Positions 47,673 through 57,146 of a stretch of DNA of 64,000 nt are shown here, one piece after another (the first letter of the stretch is position 1; each line of letters opens with the position of its first letter). This stretch comes from a virus: IMG/VR virus record IMGVR_UViG_3300034108_000145, positions 32,001 through 96,000 of that record; one strand, 5' to 3'. The notes under the pieces were generated by a model. That model made no database searches. It was not told the DNA's origin and saw only the letters and a program-made list of their open reading frames with translations. Both the position numbers and the translations under genes were made by a program.

Positions 47673-47695
47673 TTATAGCTCTATTATCCGTACTT
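47673..47695 (+). promoter_or_regulatory. Repeated intergenic motif TTATAGCTCTATTATCCRTAC
   Basis: Matches 27909-27932 on the opposite strand. Confidence 0.6.
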
Positions 47696-47758
47696 TATAA
47701 TATAGTTCTTTGCAATATAATATCAATGGTTTAGCTTTATACAGCTAACTATAGTAAT

Positions 47759-48022
47759 ATGTTGTACCAATTGCCTAACGGAAGAGTTATAGAGATTAGT
47801 ACAGAACAATACTTTGAGATGTCGGATGAAGAGTTAGAATACTTGATAGCATATAACTATGGTGACACACTAGAAGATCCATGGTTTGGATCTGTTATAA
47901 CAAGTAAATCTATTCCTCAACCAGATGAGACTCCAGAAGTATTACCTGATCTAACAGATATACCTCAAATAGATAAATTAACTGATTTAGATATAGATTA
48001 TAACTATTCTGAAGATGATTAA
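47759..48022 (+). CDS. Hypothetical acidic protein
   Basis: MLYQLPNGRVIEISTEQY; followed by terminator 48046-48087. Confidence 0.75.
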   Translation: MLYQLPNGRVIEISTEQYFEMSDEELEYLIAYNYGDTLEDPWFGSVITSKSIPQPDETPEVLPDLTDIPQIDKLTDLDIDYNYSEDD

Positions 48023-48045
48023 ATAATTTATTTTAAATAATTTAT

Positions 48046-48087
48046 ACCCCCAGTATCACCTTAACCGGTGTGCTGGGGGTTTTTTTT
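48046..48087 (+). terminator. Intrinsic terminator
   Basis: ACCCCCAGTA-TCACC..GGTG-TGCTGGGGGT then T-tract. Confidence 0.75.
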
Positions 48088-48111
48088 ACAAATTACTAAA
48101 ACAATAAATAT

Positions 48112-48594
48112 ATGACTAAAGTCGTAGTAACAGCTGACCAACTCGGAAATGTAGTTGGCGTATCAGCAAACAATCCTGAATATGGATATGTAAGAGTAGA
48201 ACAAACAACTACTCAAATTAATGATCAAGGATGGCTAAGACCATCTAAGCGTTCAGCATTAATCAAGGGTCTTGTAAAAGATCTTATAGAAGCTGGATTT
48301 AAACAAGGTAAGGAATTACCAGGTAAGATTGTAGTGGTAGAATCTTTGACACCGTTCAACCAGGATAATCCTGATCGTGATTTAAAGGTGGCAGGTACTA
48401 CAGGTGTAATCTGTACTATTGATGATCAACCTATTTATCGTCAAGCATTTTATACAACTAATGAGAACAGTTATGACCAATTGATCACTCACAATAATAC
48501 AGAGGAGATCAAAGAAGTTATAGCTGCACAACGTGCAATGACTAGTGGCTTACAAAGCTTAACGTCTCGCAAAGCTGCAGAAGCAAACTTATAA
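48112..48594 (+). CDS. Hypothetical beta-rich protein (possible ssDNA-binding)
   Basis: 160 aa, beta-rich, flanked by its own terminators; function is a guess. Confidence 0.6.
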   Translation: MTKVVVTADQLGNVVGVSANNPEYGYVRVEQTTTQINDQGWLRPSKRSALIKGLVKDLIEAGFKQGKELPGKIVVVESLTPFNQDNPDRDLKVAGTTGVICTIDDQPIYRQAFYTTNENSYDQLITHNNTEEIKEVIAAQRAMTSGLQSLTSRKAAEANL

Positions 48595-48597
48595 ATT

Positions 48598-48628
48598 AAG
48601 GGCCCAGTGTAAAAGCTGGGCCTTTTAT
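48598..48628 (+). terminator. Intrinsic terminator
   Basis: AAGGGCCCAG-TGTAAAAG-CTGGGCCTTTT. Confidence 0.75.
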
Positions 48629-48654
48629 ATTTACCCACCACAAAAAGCAGATTC

Positions 48655-49176
48655 ATGTCACACAATCCAAACAAAGCCATTTCGGCTAACTCTAAAGGTA
48701 TAGTTATATCTTTTAGAGATGCAAACAAGCATAAGTTTATAGCTTACGAATCTCCCGTAGTTAAATCTATTCAGATTAACGGTACAGCTAAATACCAAAA
48801 GCTTGAAAGACCTGTATTCAACAAACCTCAGCAAAAGTTATATGCTGAAGTTATATATGGTCTAAATGTATATACTCCTATACAACTAAAAGAACTTTCT
48901 AAAGAAAGACGGATTGAAATTTTAGAACGTTATAATAAAGCACAAGATGTACTTAATGAATGGAAGAAACAGATTGTTGACCATAAGATTAATACACTCT
49001 TAACTATATTATTTCCAAACTCAATTATGGCTAAGAAAATGTGTGAGATTCCTACCTATGATCGTCATCATAAGGATACACACACGTTTAAAGAGCTAGG
49101 ATTAACAAAACACAAAATAGCTAACAAACTTATAGAAGTTGGCGTTTTACCAAACAATTTTTTTAACTTAACTTAG
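48655..49176 (+). CDS. Hypothetical protein
   Basis: 173 aa ORF. Confidence 0.7.
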   Translation: MSHNPNKAISANSKGIVISFRDANKHKFIAYESPVVKSIQINGTAKYQKLERPVFNKPQQKLYAEVIYGLNVYTPIQLKELSKERRIEILERYNKAQDVLNEWKKQIVDHKINTLLTILFPNSIMAKKMCEIPTYDRHHKDTHTFKELGLTKHKIANKLIEVGVLPNNFFNLT

Positions 49177-49182
49177 TAGATT

Positions 49183-49413
49183 ATGCAATGTACTTTTGTA
49201 ATTAATGGTGCAGCACAGTTAGTGTTGGTACCAGAAAATGAATTAGACAAACTCCTTTTAGATAAGGTGTTGGATGGCGGTAGCTATATTGAAGCTGAAA
49301 GAATCAGCCAACCTATTAGTATTTTAGGTAAACCTGTAACAGACAGTGTTATATTAAAAAGAAAAGTTCATTCATCTCAAACTAGTAAAGATGGGGATAC
49401 AAGCGAAACTTAA
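49183..49413 (+). CDS. Hypothetical protein
   Basis: 76 aa ORF overlapping the next gene. Confidence 0.65.
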   Translation: MQCTFVINGAAQLVLVPENELDKLLLDKVLDGGSYIEAERISQPISILGKPVTDSVILKRKVHSSQTSKDGDTSET

Positions 49414-49777
49414 GATGTGTGCCGGCTGTAACGAGCCTAAACACATATGGAAGTCTCACGGTAAAGATAAATACTGTAAAGACTGCTGGTACAATATTGA
49501 GAAGCCAAAGTCTATAGCTCCTATGTCTAAAAAGATGAAGGAAACTGTAGATCAGTATTCTAAAATACGTACTGCATACCTTATAGTAAATACTTTATGT
49601 AAAGCTAAACTAGCTGGTTGTACAGCAAATGCAACAGAAGTACATCATAAAGCAGGTAGAGGTAAGAACCATCTACGTATTGCTACATGGTTACCTGTGT
49701 GCAGAAACTGTCATACATGGATAGAACTCCATCCTAATGAAGCAAAAGAACTTGGATTATCAGAAAACCGATTATAA
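49391..49777 (+). CDS. Zn-finger / HNH-type nuclease
   Basis: CAGC...CKDC plus CKAKLAGC..EVHHKAGRG..WLPVCRNCHTWIE. Confidence 0.7.
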   Translation: MGIQAKLKMCAGCNEPKHIWKSHGKDKYCKDCWYNIEKPKSIAPMSKKMKETVDQYSKIRTAYLIVNTLCKAKLAGCTANATEVHHKAGRGKNHLRIATWLPVCRNCHTWIELHPNEAKELGLSENRL

Positions 49778-49778
49778 T

Positions 49779-50060
49779 ATGGAAAACAATTGGCAAGAAA
49801 TAAGGGACAATTACAGAACAGCTGTAGTCCACTTTGCAAACAGATACAACGAACAAGTATCTGAACACATTATAGATGTAATGATATCTGTAATGATGAC
49901 TAGAGATAATGTTTTACAAGGCGGTAGCTTTGTACAAGCAGTAGTTGCTAACAACTTAAAAGAAACTGTCAGTAGAGCTGACAATGAATGTGGTAAGCAC
50001 ATAAGACTCATTACACTATGTTGTAGTTTCTGTTATGTAGAATCAGAGATGTATGTCTAA
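49779..50060 (+). CDS. Hypothetical protein (likely start MENN at 49779)
   Basis: GGSFVQAVVANNL..SRAD motif. Confidence 0.65.
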   Translation: MENNWQEIRDNYRTAVVHFANRYNEQVSEHIIDVMISVMMTRDNVLQGGSFVQAVVANNLKETVSRADNECGKHIRLITLCCSFCYVESEMYV

Positions 50061-51150
50061 AAGAGAAGAGATCCAACAAGAAGCTCTTGATATAGCTACA
50101 AAACACGAAAGGTGTGGACTAGCTATATCAATGGGTGTTGGTAAAACCTTAATAGGTTTGAAGTATATAGATCACTTTCAGAAAATCTATAAAGATAGAC
50201 TGAAAGTATTAGTCGTAGCACCTAAACTATCTATATTTGATAGTTGGGTAGACGATGCTTCCAAGTTTAATATATCATTAGAAGGTGTAGAGTTTACTAC
50301 TTACTTATCCTTAAGCAAAAAAGATCCTAAAGAGTATGATGTTCTAGTGCTTGATGAGTGTCACAGCTTATTAAACACGCATGCTCCATTCTTTAACTTT
50401 TATAAAGGTAGAATATTAGGATTAACTGGTACTCCTCCTAGACATACAAATAGTGAAAAAGGTATATTAGTACATGTTTATTGTCCGATAGTATTCAAGT
50501 ATATTACAGATGACGCTATAGATGATGACATCTTAAATGACTATAGAATTATAGTACATAAGATGCCGCTTTCTGTAGATAACGTTATGCCTGTAAAGCT
50601 TAAAGACAAAGAGTTTTTTACATCAGAACGTAAAAACTATGAGTATTGGACAAAAAGACTAATGGAAGCTCAGTCTAAAAAGCAAGAGCAGATTGCTTCT
50701 GTAATGAGAATGCGTACACTAATGGATTTTAAGACAAAAGAAAAGTATGCTAAGTATCTACTCAATGAGATAGAAGACAAGTGTATAGTATTTTGTAACA
50801 CGCAAGTACAAGCTGATAGAATTTGTAAAAGTTCATACCACTCAAGCAATCCTGATGCAGAAGAAAATCTTCTAAAATTCAAGAATGATGAGATTGATCA
50901 ACTGTCTTGTGTACTACAATTAAATGAGGGTATCAACATACCTAATCTTAGAGCAGGTATCATTATGCATGCTTACGGTAATGAGCGTAAAAGCAACCAA
51001 CGTATTGGTAGACTTTTAAGACTTAATCCAGATGACACAGCTATTATACATATACTGTGTTATAAAGGAACCGTAGATGAAAAGTGGGTTAATGAAGCAT
51101 TAAAAGATCTTGACTCTACTAAAATAACATTTCATGACGTAGAATCTTAA
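50053..51150 (+). CDS. Superfamily 2 DExH helicase
   Basis: MGVGKT, LDECH, GLTGTP, LNEGINIP, QRIGRLLR. Confidence 0.92.
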   Translation: MSKREEIQQEALDIATKHERCGLAISMGVGKTLIGLKYIDHFQKIYKDRLKVLVVAPKLSIFDSWVDDASKFNISLEGVEFTTYLSLSKKDPKEYDVLVLDECHSLLNTHAPFFNFYKGRILGLTGTPPRHTNSEKGILVHVYCPIVFKYITDDAIDDDILNDYRIIVHKMPLSVDNVMPVKLKDKEFFTSERKNYEYWTKRLMEAQSKKQEQIASVMRMRTLMDFKTKEKYAKYLLNEIEDKCIVFCNTQVQADRICKSSYHSSNPDAEENLLKFKNDEIDQLSCVLQLNEGINIPNLRAGIIMHAYGNERKSNQRIGRLLRLNPDDTAIIHILCYKGTVDEKWVNEALKDLDSTKITFHDVES

Positions 51151-51154
51151 AATT

Positions 51155-51550
51155 ATGAGTATTCACTTTACAGGTAAGTATATAAAGAAAGATGGTAAGT
51201 TAGAGTTTTCTAGCTTAGCACAAGCTAAACAGTTTGAAGTGTTTACTGGTCACATTCCTAACGGTCAAATTGTAGAAGTGTTCTATGAAATGACACACGA
51301 TGACGGTACACTACCACAATTAGCTAAGCTACATGTTGTAATAAAACAACTAGCTATGCATATTGGTGAGACTGTAGAGAATATGAAAATATTAGTTAAA
51401 GACCGAGCTGGATTATGTATTGCACGTAATGTAGCAGGTAAAGAATATTTTCTAGCTAAAAGTTTTGCAGATTGTTCTAGGGAAGAACTATCATTAGCTA
51501 TACAAGCATCTATAGAGATTGGAGAAGATATTGGTTTTATTGTTAACTAA
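51155..51550 (+). CDS. Hypothetical protein (NinB-like)
   Basis: QLAKLHVVIKQLA..GETVENMK...KSFADCSREEL pattern. Confidence 0.5.
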   Translation: MSIHFTGKYIKKDGKLEFSSLAQAKQFEVFTGHIPNGQIVEVFYEMTHDDGTLPQLAKLHVVIKQLAMHIGETVENMKILVKDRAGLCIARNVAGKEYFLAKSFADCSREELSLAIQASIEIGEDIGFIVN

Positions 51551-51833
51551 CCTCATCAATATCATCTACATCTTTTTCATATGTCTGTCCTGACGCAATA
51601 GCTTGTTGCTCAATAGATCTAAGTAACGTATTGACAATTAAAAGATTTTCCATCCACGGTTCTGGAAGCTCTTCAAGAGTAACATCTTGTATGAGTTTTT
51701 TAAATTCTTCAATCTCTTCATCTGTTCTATCAGAGATGAGTTGAACCATAACCTTTTGAACTCTTTTAAGAAATGCTGAGCCTATACTAATAGTAACTAC
51801 AGCATCATTTTTAATCATCGTGATTTTAGACAT
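51543..51833 (-). CDS. Hypothetical protein on the opposite strand (likely start MSKI at 51833)
   Basis: 96 aa ORF filling the gap; own TATATTTG (-7 type) element at 51854-51861. Confidence 0.65.
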   Translation of the reverse strand: MSKITMIKNDAVVTISIGSAFLKRVQKVMVQLISDRTDEEIEEFKKLIQDVTLEELPEPWMENLLIVNTLLRSIEQQAIASGQTYEKDVDDIDEVS

Positions 51834-51869
51834 AACTTGAGGGGTTTGAACTTCAAATATACAATAAAT

Positions 51870-52586
51870 ATGGAACAAACTATAAACTTAGCAGAAATTA
51901 AAGAAAAACTTATAGAAAAGCTTAAACCATCTGGTTGGGCTAACAAACTTAAAGGTTTTATACAAAGCTCAGACTTTGATAAAATATTAGAAACTCTTTA
52001 TAATGAAAGAGAAGCTGGTAAAAGATTTACTCCTCCTTTAAAGCAAGTATTCAGAGCCTTTGAAGAGTGTCCAGAAAAAGATCTTAAGGTAATTATTGTT
52101 GGACAAGATCCTTATCCTATGATGGGTGTAGCAGATGGCTTAGCTTTTAGCTGTAGCATCACACAGAAGCCACAACCTAGTTTAAGAAACATGTTTGAAG
52201 CTATAGAACAGACTGTGTATCAAGAGTTTCCAACTTATCAGGATCCAAACCTAGCTAGATGGGCTAATCAAGGAGTATTATTACTAAACACAGCATTAAC
52301 ATGTCAGATAGATAAAATAGGAAGTCATCACCATATATGGAATGAGTTTGTTATGTACCTATTTGATATGCTAAACTTTACAAACTCAGGTTTGATATTT
52401 GTACTACTAGGAGCTAAAGCTCAAGAACTAGAGTCAATCATTGGACCTAATCATTATATTCTTAAAGCTTCACATCCTGCATCAGCAGCCTATACTAAAA
52501 CTACATGGGACTGTAACAATGTGTTTGTAAGAGTAAATGAAATCATAGAAGCTAATAACGGCAAACCGTATACAATTAATTGGTAA
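51870..52586 (+). CDS. ung: Uracil-DNA glycosylase, family 1
   Basis: GQDPYP, ADGLAFS, QPSLRN, WANQGVLLLNTALT, SHPAS; likely start ATG 51870. Confidence 0.93.
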   Translation: MEQTINLAEIKEKLIEKLKPSGWANKLKGFIQSSDFDKILETLYNEREAGKRFTPPLKQVFRAFEECPEKDLKVIIVGQDPYPMMGVADGLAFSCSITQKPQPSLRNMFEAIEQTVYQEFPTYQDPNLARWANQGVLLLNTALTCQIDKIGSHHHIWNEFVMYLFDMLNFTNSGLIFVLLGAKAQELESIIGPNHYILKASHPASAAYTKTTWDCNNVFVRVNEIIEANNGKPYTINW

Positions 52587-52606
52587 ACATTCAAAAACAA
52601 CATAAC

Positions 52607-53011
52607 ATGGCTATTCAAAAAGAAGAAGTATCTATTGATGTACAAGACATTATAGATTTATTACACAGTGGTTACACTTGGTATAAAAAGGATGACTTGG
52701 GCTACGGCTCCATCCAAGAGAAATATAATGCATTAGATATGCATATTAAAGTTATTCAGAAACATCCTGAATTACAGAACGTAGATACAATTGCAAGAGT
52801 TTTTGTAATAACTAATAACAAATCAAATGCTACCCTTAGAGAAACCACCAGTACCGTTGGAAAACCATCTTTTACTGAGACTTTGGAACAAGTATCAGGA
52901 AGAACTGATAATAGATCCAATATCAGCGAGGCAGTACCTGCAAATGATGGAGATAGTTTCACAAACGTACCAGAAAACTCAGAAGAACTCTCAGCATTTG
53001 CAAACTTATAG
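52607..53011 (+). CDS. Hypothetical protein (likely start MAIQ at 52607)
   Basis: Leader shared with the next gene. Confidence 0.65.
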   Translation: MAIQKEEVSIDVQDIIDLLHSGYTWYKKDDLGYGSIQEKYNALDMHIKVIQKHPELQNVDTIARVFVITNNKSNATLRETTSTVGKPSFTETLEQVSGRTDNRSNISEAVPANDGDSFTNVPENSEELSAFANL

Positions 53012-53036
53012 TAATCAACCTACAAAACAACATAAC

Positions 53037-54167
53037 ATGTCAAAAGTAAAATCTATAACAAAAAGAACAACACAGGAAATTCGTACTATTGAAACTTCTC
53101 TTATAAACAAAGAAGAGGTATTTAAAATGCTAGCGTTAGCAGAATCTACAGGACTACCATGTCTTCTAGTAGGTGAACCAGGTGTTGCTAAAACAAAAAC
53201 CGTATTAGACTATGCCAAAGCATGGCTTAACAAAGACGGTAAAATGACAGCTCAAGATTTTGCTAATAAGATTTACATCTTAGAAACAGATGAGGGTACT
53301 AAAGCATCAGAAATTAAGGGTATGCCTGACTTAGGTAAATTATTTACTGACAACGTGTATGATCTTAATACACCAATTGCAGATGCAGAGATTGTTATCA
53401 TTAACGAGGTAGATAAAGCTTCTTCAGCTATACGTAACGCTATGTTAGGTGTAATGAACGAGAAGTTCTTATTTAACGGTAAGCACAAGATTCCATGTAA
53501 GTGGAAGCTATTCATTGCTACCTGTAACGAAATTCCTAAAGAAGAGGCAGACTCTCCATTCTGGGATCGTTTCATGTTAAAGATGACGGTTAACCGTGTA
53601 TCTGCAGGTGAGTTAGTTAAGTATTATACTAAAGGAGCAAGAGACTACCGTGAGAAGTTTAACATCGGTATTCCTACTAATCAAGAGATTAACTCTTTAG
53701 AAGTACCAGTTAACAAACTAGAAAAGTATCTAGAAGTGGGTTACCAGCACAGTTCAGATCGTACATTAACTTTTGTACCGAAACTAACTAAAGCTGTATC
53801 TTACATCTGGGATATTAGTCTAGACAAAGCTCTTGTAAAGACAGCACAAATTATGATTGGTCAATCTGCAGGTTCTGAATTACAGAACAAGCTAATGAGC
53901 CCTGAAGTAAAAGCAGTGATGTCTAAAGTAGAAATGCTTCACAGCTATAACAGCAACGAACAACTTGAGTTAGCTGTAGCTGAAATTGAGAGCTTGGTTA
54001 ATACTTATACTTCAAGAGGTATTATGGACGAAACACAAGTAGAAGAGATTGAGCTATCAATGCAATATATCATTCAAAACCACCCTGCTCGTAAAGACTA
54101 TCAAACTTCAGAAGAGTTTGACAATATGATGGCAGAGGCTGTGGTTGAAGCTTCAGCTCCTTACTAA
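53037..54167 (+). CDS. MoxR/RavA-like AAA+ ATPase
   Basis: GEPGVAKT Walker A, IINEVDKA Walker B, ATCNE sensor I, FWDRF arginine finger; likely start ATG 53037. Confidence 0.85.
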   Translation: MSKVKSITKRTTQEIRTIETSLINKEEVFKMLALAESTGLPCLLVGEPGVAKTKTVLDYAKAWLNKDGKMTAQDFANKIYILETDEGTKASEIKGMPDLGKLFTDNVYDLNTPIADAEIVIINEVDKASSAIRNAMLGVMNEKFLFNGKHKIPCKWKLFIATCNEIPKEEADSPFWDRFMLKMTVNRVSAGELVKYYTKGARDYREKFNIGIPTNQEINSLEVPVNKLEKYLEVGYQHSSDRTLTFVPKLTKAVSYIWDISLDKALVKTAQIMIGQSAGSELQNKLMSPEVKAVMSKVEMLHSYNSNEQLELAVAEIESLVNTYTSRGIMDETQVEEIELSMQYIIQNHPARKDYQTSEEFDNMMAEAVVEASAPY

Positions 54168-54271
54168 GTAGAGGTCCACAAAATAATGTAACCTTCGGAG
54201 AATTACAGATGGCCTTTTATGGTCATCTGTATCTCTTAAGGATCTCATAAATAAAATAAAAGAAGGTAATA

Positions 54272-55798
54272 ATGTCAACAGGAAAACAATATAAGAATGT
54301 ATATACCATTCTTGAAAAAGTAAAGAAAGGTGAGATACAATCTCATTATAATAATGAAGACGGAGGTCTATTTAGCAAGCTAAACTTCTATAAAAAATCT
54401 GATATGATTAAACCTTACATTCACTATATTGATGAACGTAAGATACAGAATATCATAGAGTCTCAATTAAAAGTTTACGGTACCAATATTAGAAAAATAC
54501 AAGATGAATATAATAATTTTTCTAAGACTGCTGCTTTTGCTAAAATACCAGACGATAAAAAACCAGACTTCAACAGTTTTGCACAAAAAGTTAATGAAAA
54601 CTATAACAAGTTTCCATCACATCTTAAGTATGATGTATTTAAGATGTACTATAACAAGATGGAAAAGTTAGAGTTTGAAGAACGTGATGAAAAAAACTAT
54701 ACTAAGTATAAATTTTTAGAGAAAGCTAATAATCCTGTGGGTAAGATTATGACCGAGAATGCAAATTTAAAGTCTAGTGTATTTACCCGTAACATGATGA
54801 TGTACTATCTACTACAAATGACTCAAATGGAGTATGTAGACCCAGATGCTCATCAGAGTGTACAAAACGGATTGAACGGCTCTTCTGATTTTGACAACGA
54901 TGGTGTAGATAAAGCTTTAGACAAACTGTTTAATAGTCAAACATCAAAGAACATGTTAGATAGAATGATGAAAGATGCACAAGAAACATGTAAAATGATG
55001 GATGACAATCTTGACCAAGATGTACAAGATCGTATGTTCCAAGAAGCTAATACAAACTCTGGCGGTGAAGAAGCTGGTAAACTTAGTCCTAATTACATGA
55101 GACAAATAGAGTCTCGTTTAGCTAGAATCAAACTATCAACAGGGTCATTAAAAGAAAAGATCAAAAAGCTTCTTGATAAATCATCTTCTTATTTCTCTTC
55201 TAAAAAGATTGTAAAGTATGATGATTTATTTAACGCAGATGACGTATCAGGACTTGAAGACTATGTATTCTTACACCCAAGGTTACGCAAGATTTTTGCT
55301 GAAGACCTTATGGTTAAAGAAACAAAGTCTGTAGGTAAAGTAGATGTGTATGTAGACGTATCAGGATCTATGAGCTCAAGCTGTGGTGTAAGAGATGTGA
55401 ACGATGATACTATTAGCAAGATAGACTTTTCTAAAGCTTTAATAGCTAAGCTAAAAGAAATGGATATGCTCAACAACATATATCTATTTGACACCCGTCT
55501 TAAAAAATCAAAGACAGACTTAATAAGTATTTCTATGATTGATTGTAACGGTGGTACAACTATTGATGTGGCTATTAATTCTATAGAAAAGAATGATATG
55601 AACGCGTTAGTTATCACTGATGCAGAAGACAGATGTCGTGTGTATTCAGATAAAGCTTTCTTTATAGGTGTAGAAGGATCTAACTTCAGACACTTTGATA
55701 GTGAGATTATAGAAAAGTACTCACAACGTAATCAAGTTGTCGTATTTAATGGCACTAAGATTAGTAAAGTAAATAAAGACGGTTATGTTATAAGTTGA
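54272..55798 (+). CDS. VWA (MIDAS) domain protein, partner of the AAA+ ATPase
   Basis: DVSGSMS, GGTTID, VITDAED MIDAS motifs. Confidence 0.85.
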   Translation: MSTGKQYKNVYTILEKVKKGEIQSHYNNEDGGLFSKLNFYKKSDMIKPYIHYIDERKIQNIIESQLKVYGTNIRKIQDEYNNFSKTAAFAKIPDDKKPDFNSFAQKVNENYNKFPSHLKYDVFKMYYNKMEKLEFEERDEKNYTKYKFLEKANNPVGKIMTENANLKSSVFTRNMMMYYLLQMTQMEYVDPDAHQSVQNGLNGSSDFDNDGVDKALDKLFNSQTSKNMLDRMMKDAQETCKMMDDNLDQDVQDRMFQEANTNSGGEEAGKLSPNYMRQIESRLARIKLSTGSLKEKIKKLLDKSSSYFSSKKIVKYDDLFNADDVSGLEDYVFLHPRLRKIFAEDLMVKETKSVGKVDVYVDVSGSMSSSCGVRDVNDDTISKIDFSKALIAKLKEMDMLNNIYLFDTRLKKSKTDLISISMIDCNGGTTIDVAINSIEKNDMNALVITDAEDRCRVYSDKAFFIGVEGSNFRHFDSEIIEKYSQRNQVVVFNGTKISKVNKDGYVIS

Positions 55799-57146
55799 TT
55801 TTTGAACCAACTACCCCAAAAAACAGCATAGGTATCTCAGGATTAGTAGAAATACTAGTCTTGAGACCCATGTTGAATTTAAATCTTTTAGTAATAGAAT
55901 AGTCAACACCAAAGCCTGTCAGTATACCTACATCATTAGATTCAGTGAATGTACCTTCTTTAGTAAGATAAACTAAAGGACTACCTGATAAGTATATATC
56001 AGGAGATATAGACAATCGTTTAGTTAAAGTAAACGGTTTAGTATAAAACAATAGAATAGAACTAGTCAAACTAAATTGACTAGCTGCTTCTGCTGCAGGA
56101 TCAGGTTGATAAGCCGCCTCAGCAAAGCTTAAAGTGTAATTGACACCAGTTACACCCCATTTACCAAGAGGTTTAATATACGCATAAGTTGCAAAACCAA
56201 ACTTAGTACCAAATGCGTATGCTACTGTAGCACCAAAGTTAGATATACCTTGAAGTTTACCTTCATCAAAATGCATAGCTGTATATCTACCACTAAGAGC
56301 AAACTGTTGAAGGTTGCTCCACACCATACCGGTTAGTCCCCAGGAAGATTGTCCAGTCATAGAAGACTGAGATATCCCACCGGTCATAATAACACTGAAA
56401 CTATTATCTAGACTTTGCCCACCAGTAAAGTCAGAGTTAAATAATATAGGATTTACTTTAGCAGGGCCCTTGGCGGCACTCTTAGATTTAGATCCACCAC
56501 TAGATTTTGATTCTGATTTAGATTCTGATTTAGACTCAGAACTAGATTCTGAGCTACTAGATGATTCAGAACTACTAGATTCAGAACTAGATGAACTCTC
56601 CCCGCTGCTAGATGAGCTGCTGCTGCTAGATTCCGAGCTCGATCCTTGAGAATTGCTTGAACTACTAGCAGAGCTGCTAGCAGAAGATGAAGCTGAACTT
56701 GCTGCAGAAGAACTTGCAGATGATGCTGCACTACTAGAAGCAGAAGAAGCCGCAGAACTAGCGGCTGATGACGCTGCACTAGCGGCAGCTGAAGATGCGG
56801 CTGTAGAAGCAGCTGCTGAAGCGGCAGCACTTACTGCAGCAGATACAGCACCGGCTGTAATCTGAGTGCTAGTAACTGAAGCTTGAGCCACAGAACATGG
56901 AGATAACTTTCTATAATCTTCATATACTTGATTAAGCCATGAATTAAATGCACCACTGCGGACATCAGCTGCAGTGAAAACACGAGACTTATTATAAAAA
57001 ACAATAGTAGTACTACCAGTGATAGGGATAATAAACGTAGAAACAACTTTAGTACAAGGATCAATGAATGTTTGAACAAGAGTTTGAGACAACGCATAGA
57101 ACGGTAGTATTAATACTACAATGAATAAAAATATAAACTTTTTCAT
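55788..57146 (-). CDS. Secreted/outer-membrane protein with Ser/Ala low-complexity linker and putative C-terminal beta-barrel
   Basis: Signal peptide (..YALS-QT), ~130 aa SSAAS/SSSE tract, amphipathic beta strands ending GSKINL. Confidence 0.7.
   Translation of the reverse strand: MKKFIFLFIVVLILPFYALSQTLVQTFIDPCTKVVSTFIIPITGSTTIVFYNKSRVFTAADVRSGAFNSWLNQVYEDYRKLSPCSVAQASVTSTQITAGAVSAAVSAAASAAASTAASSAAASAASSAASSAASSASSSAASSASSSAASSASSSASSSASSSSNSQGSSSESSSSSSSSSGESSSSSESSSSESSSSSESSSESKSESKSESKSSGGSKSKSAAKGPAKVNPILFNSDFTGGQSLDNSFSVIMTGGISQSSMTGQSSWGLTGMVWSNLQQFALSGRYTAMHFDEGKLQGISNFGATVAYAFGTKFGFATYAYIKPLGKWGVTGVNYTLSFAEAAYQPDPAAEAASQFSLTSSILLFYTKPFTLTKRLSISPDIYLSGSPLVYLTKEGTFTESNDVGILTGFGVDYSITKRFKFNMGLKTSISTNPEIPMLFFGVVGSKINL

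Noticed and set aside
52827-53036. N-terminal extension of the AAA+ ORF given by the track
   Set aside because: Overlaps the upstream gene; the duplicated leader points to ATG 53037
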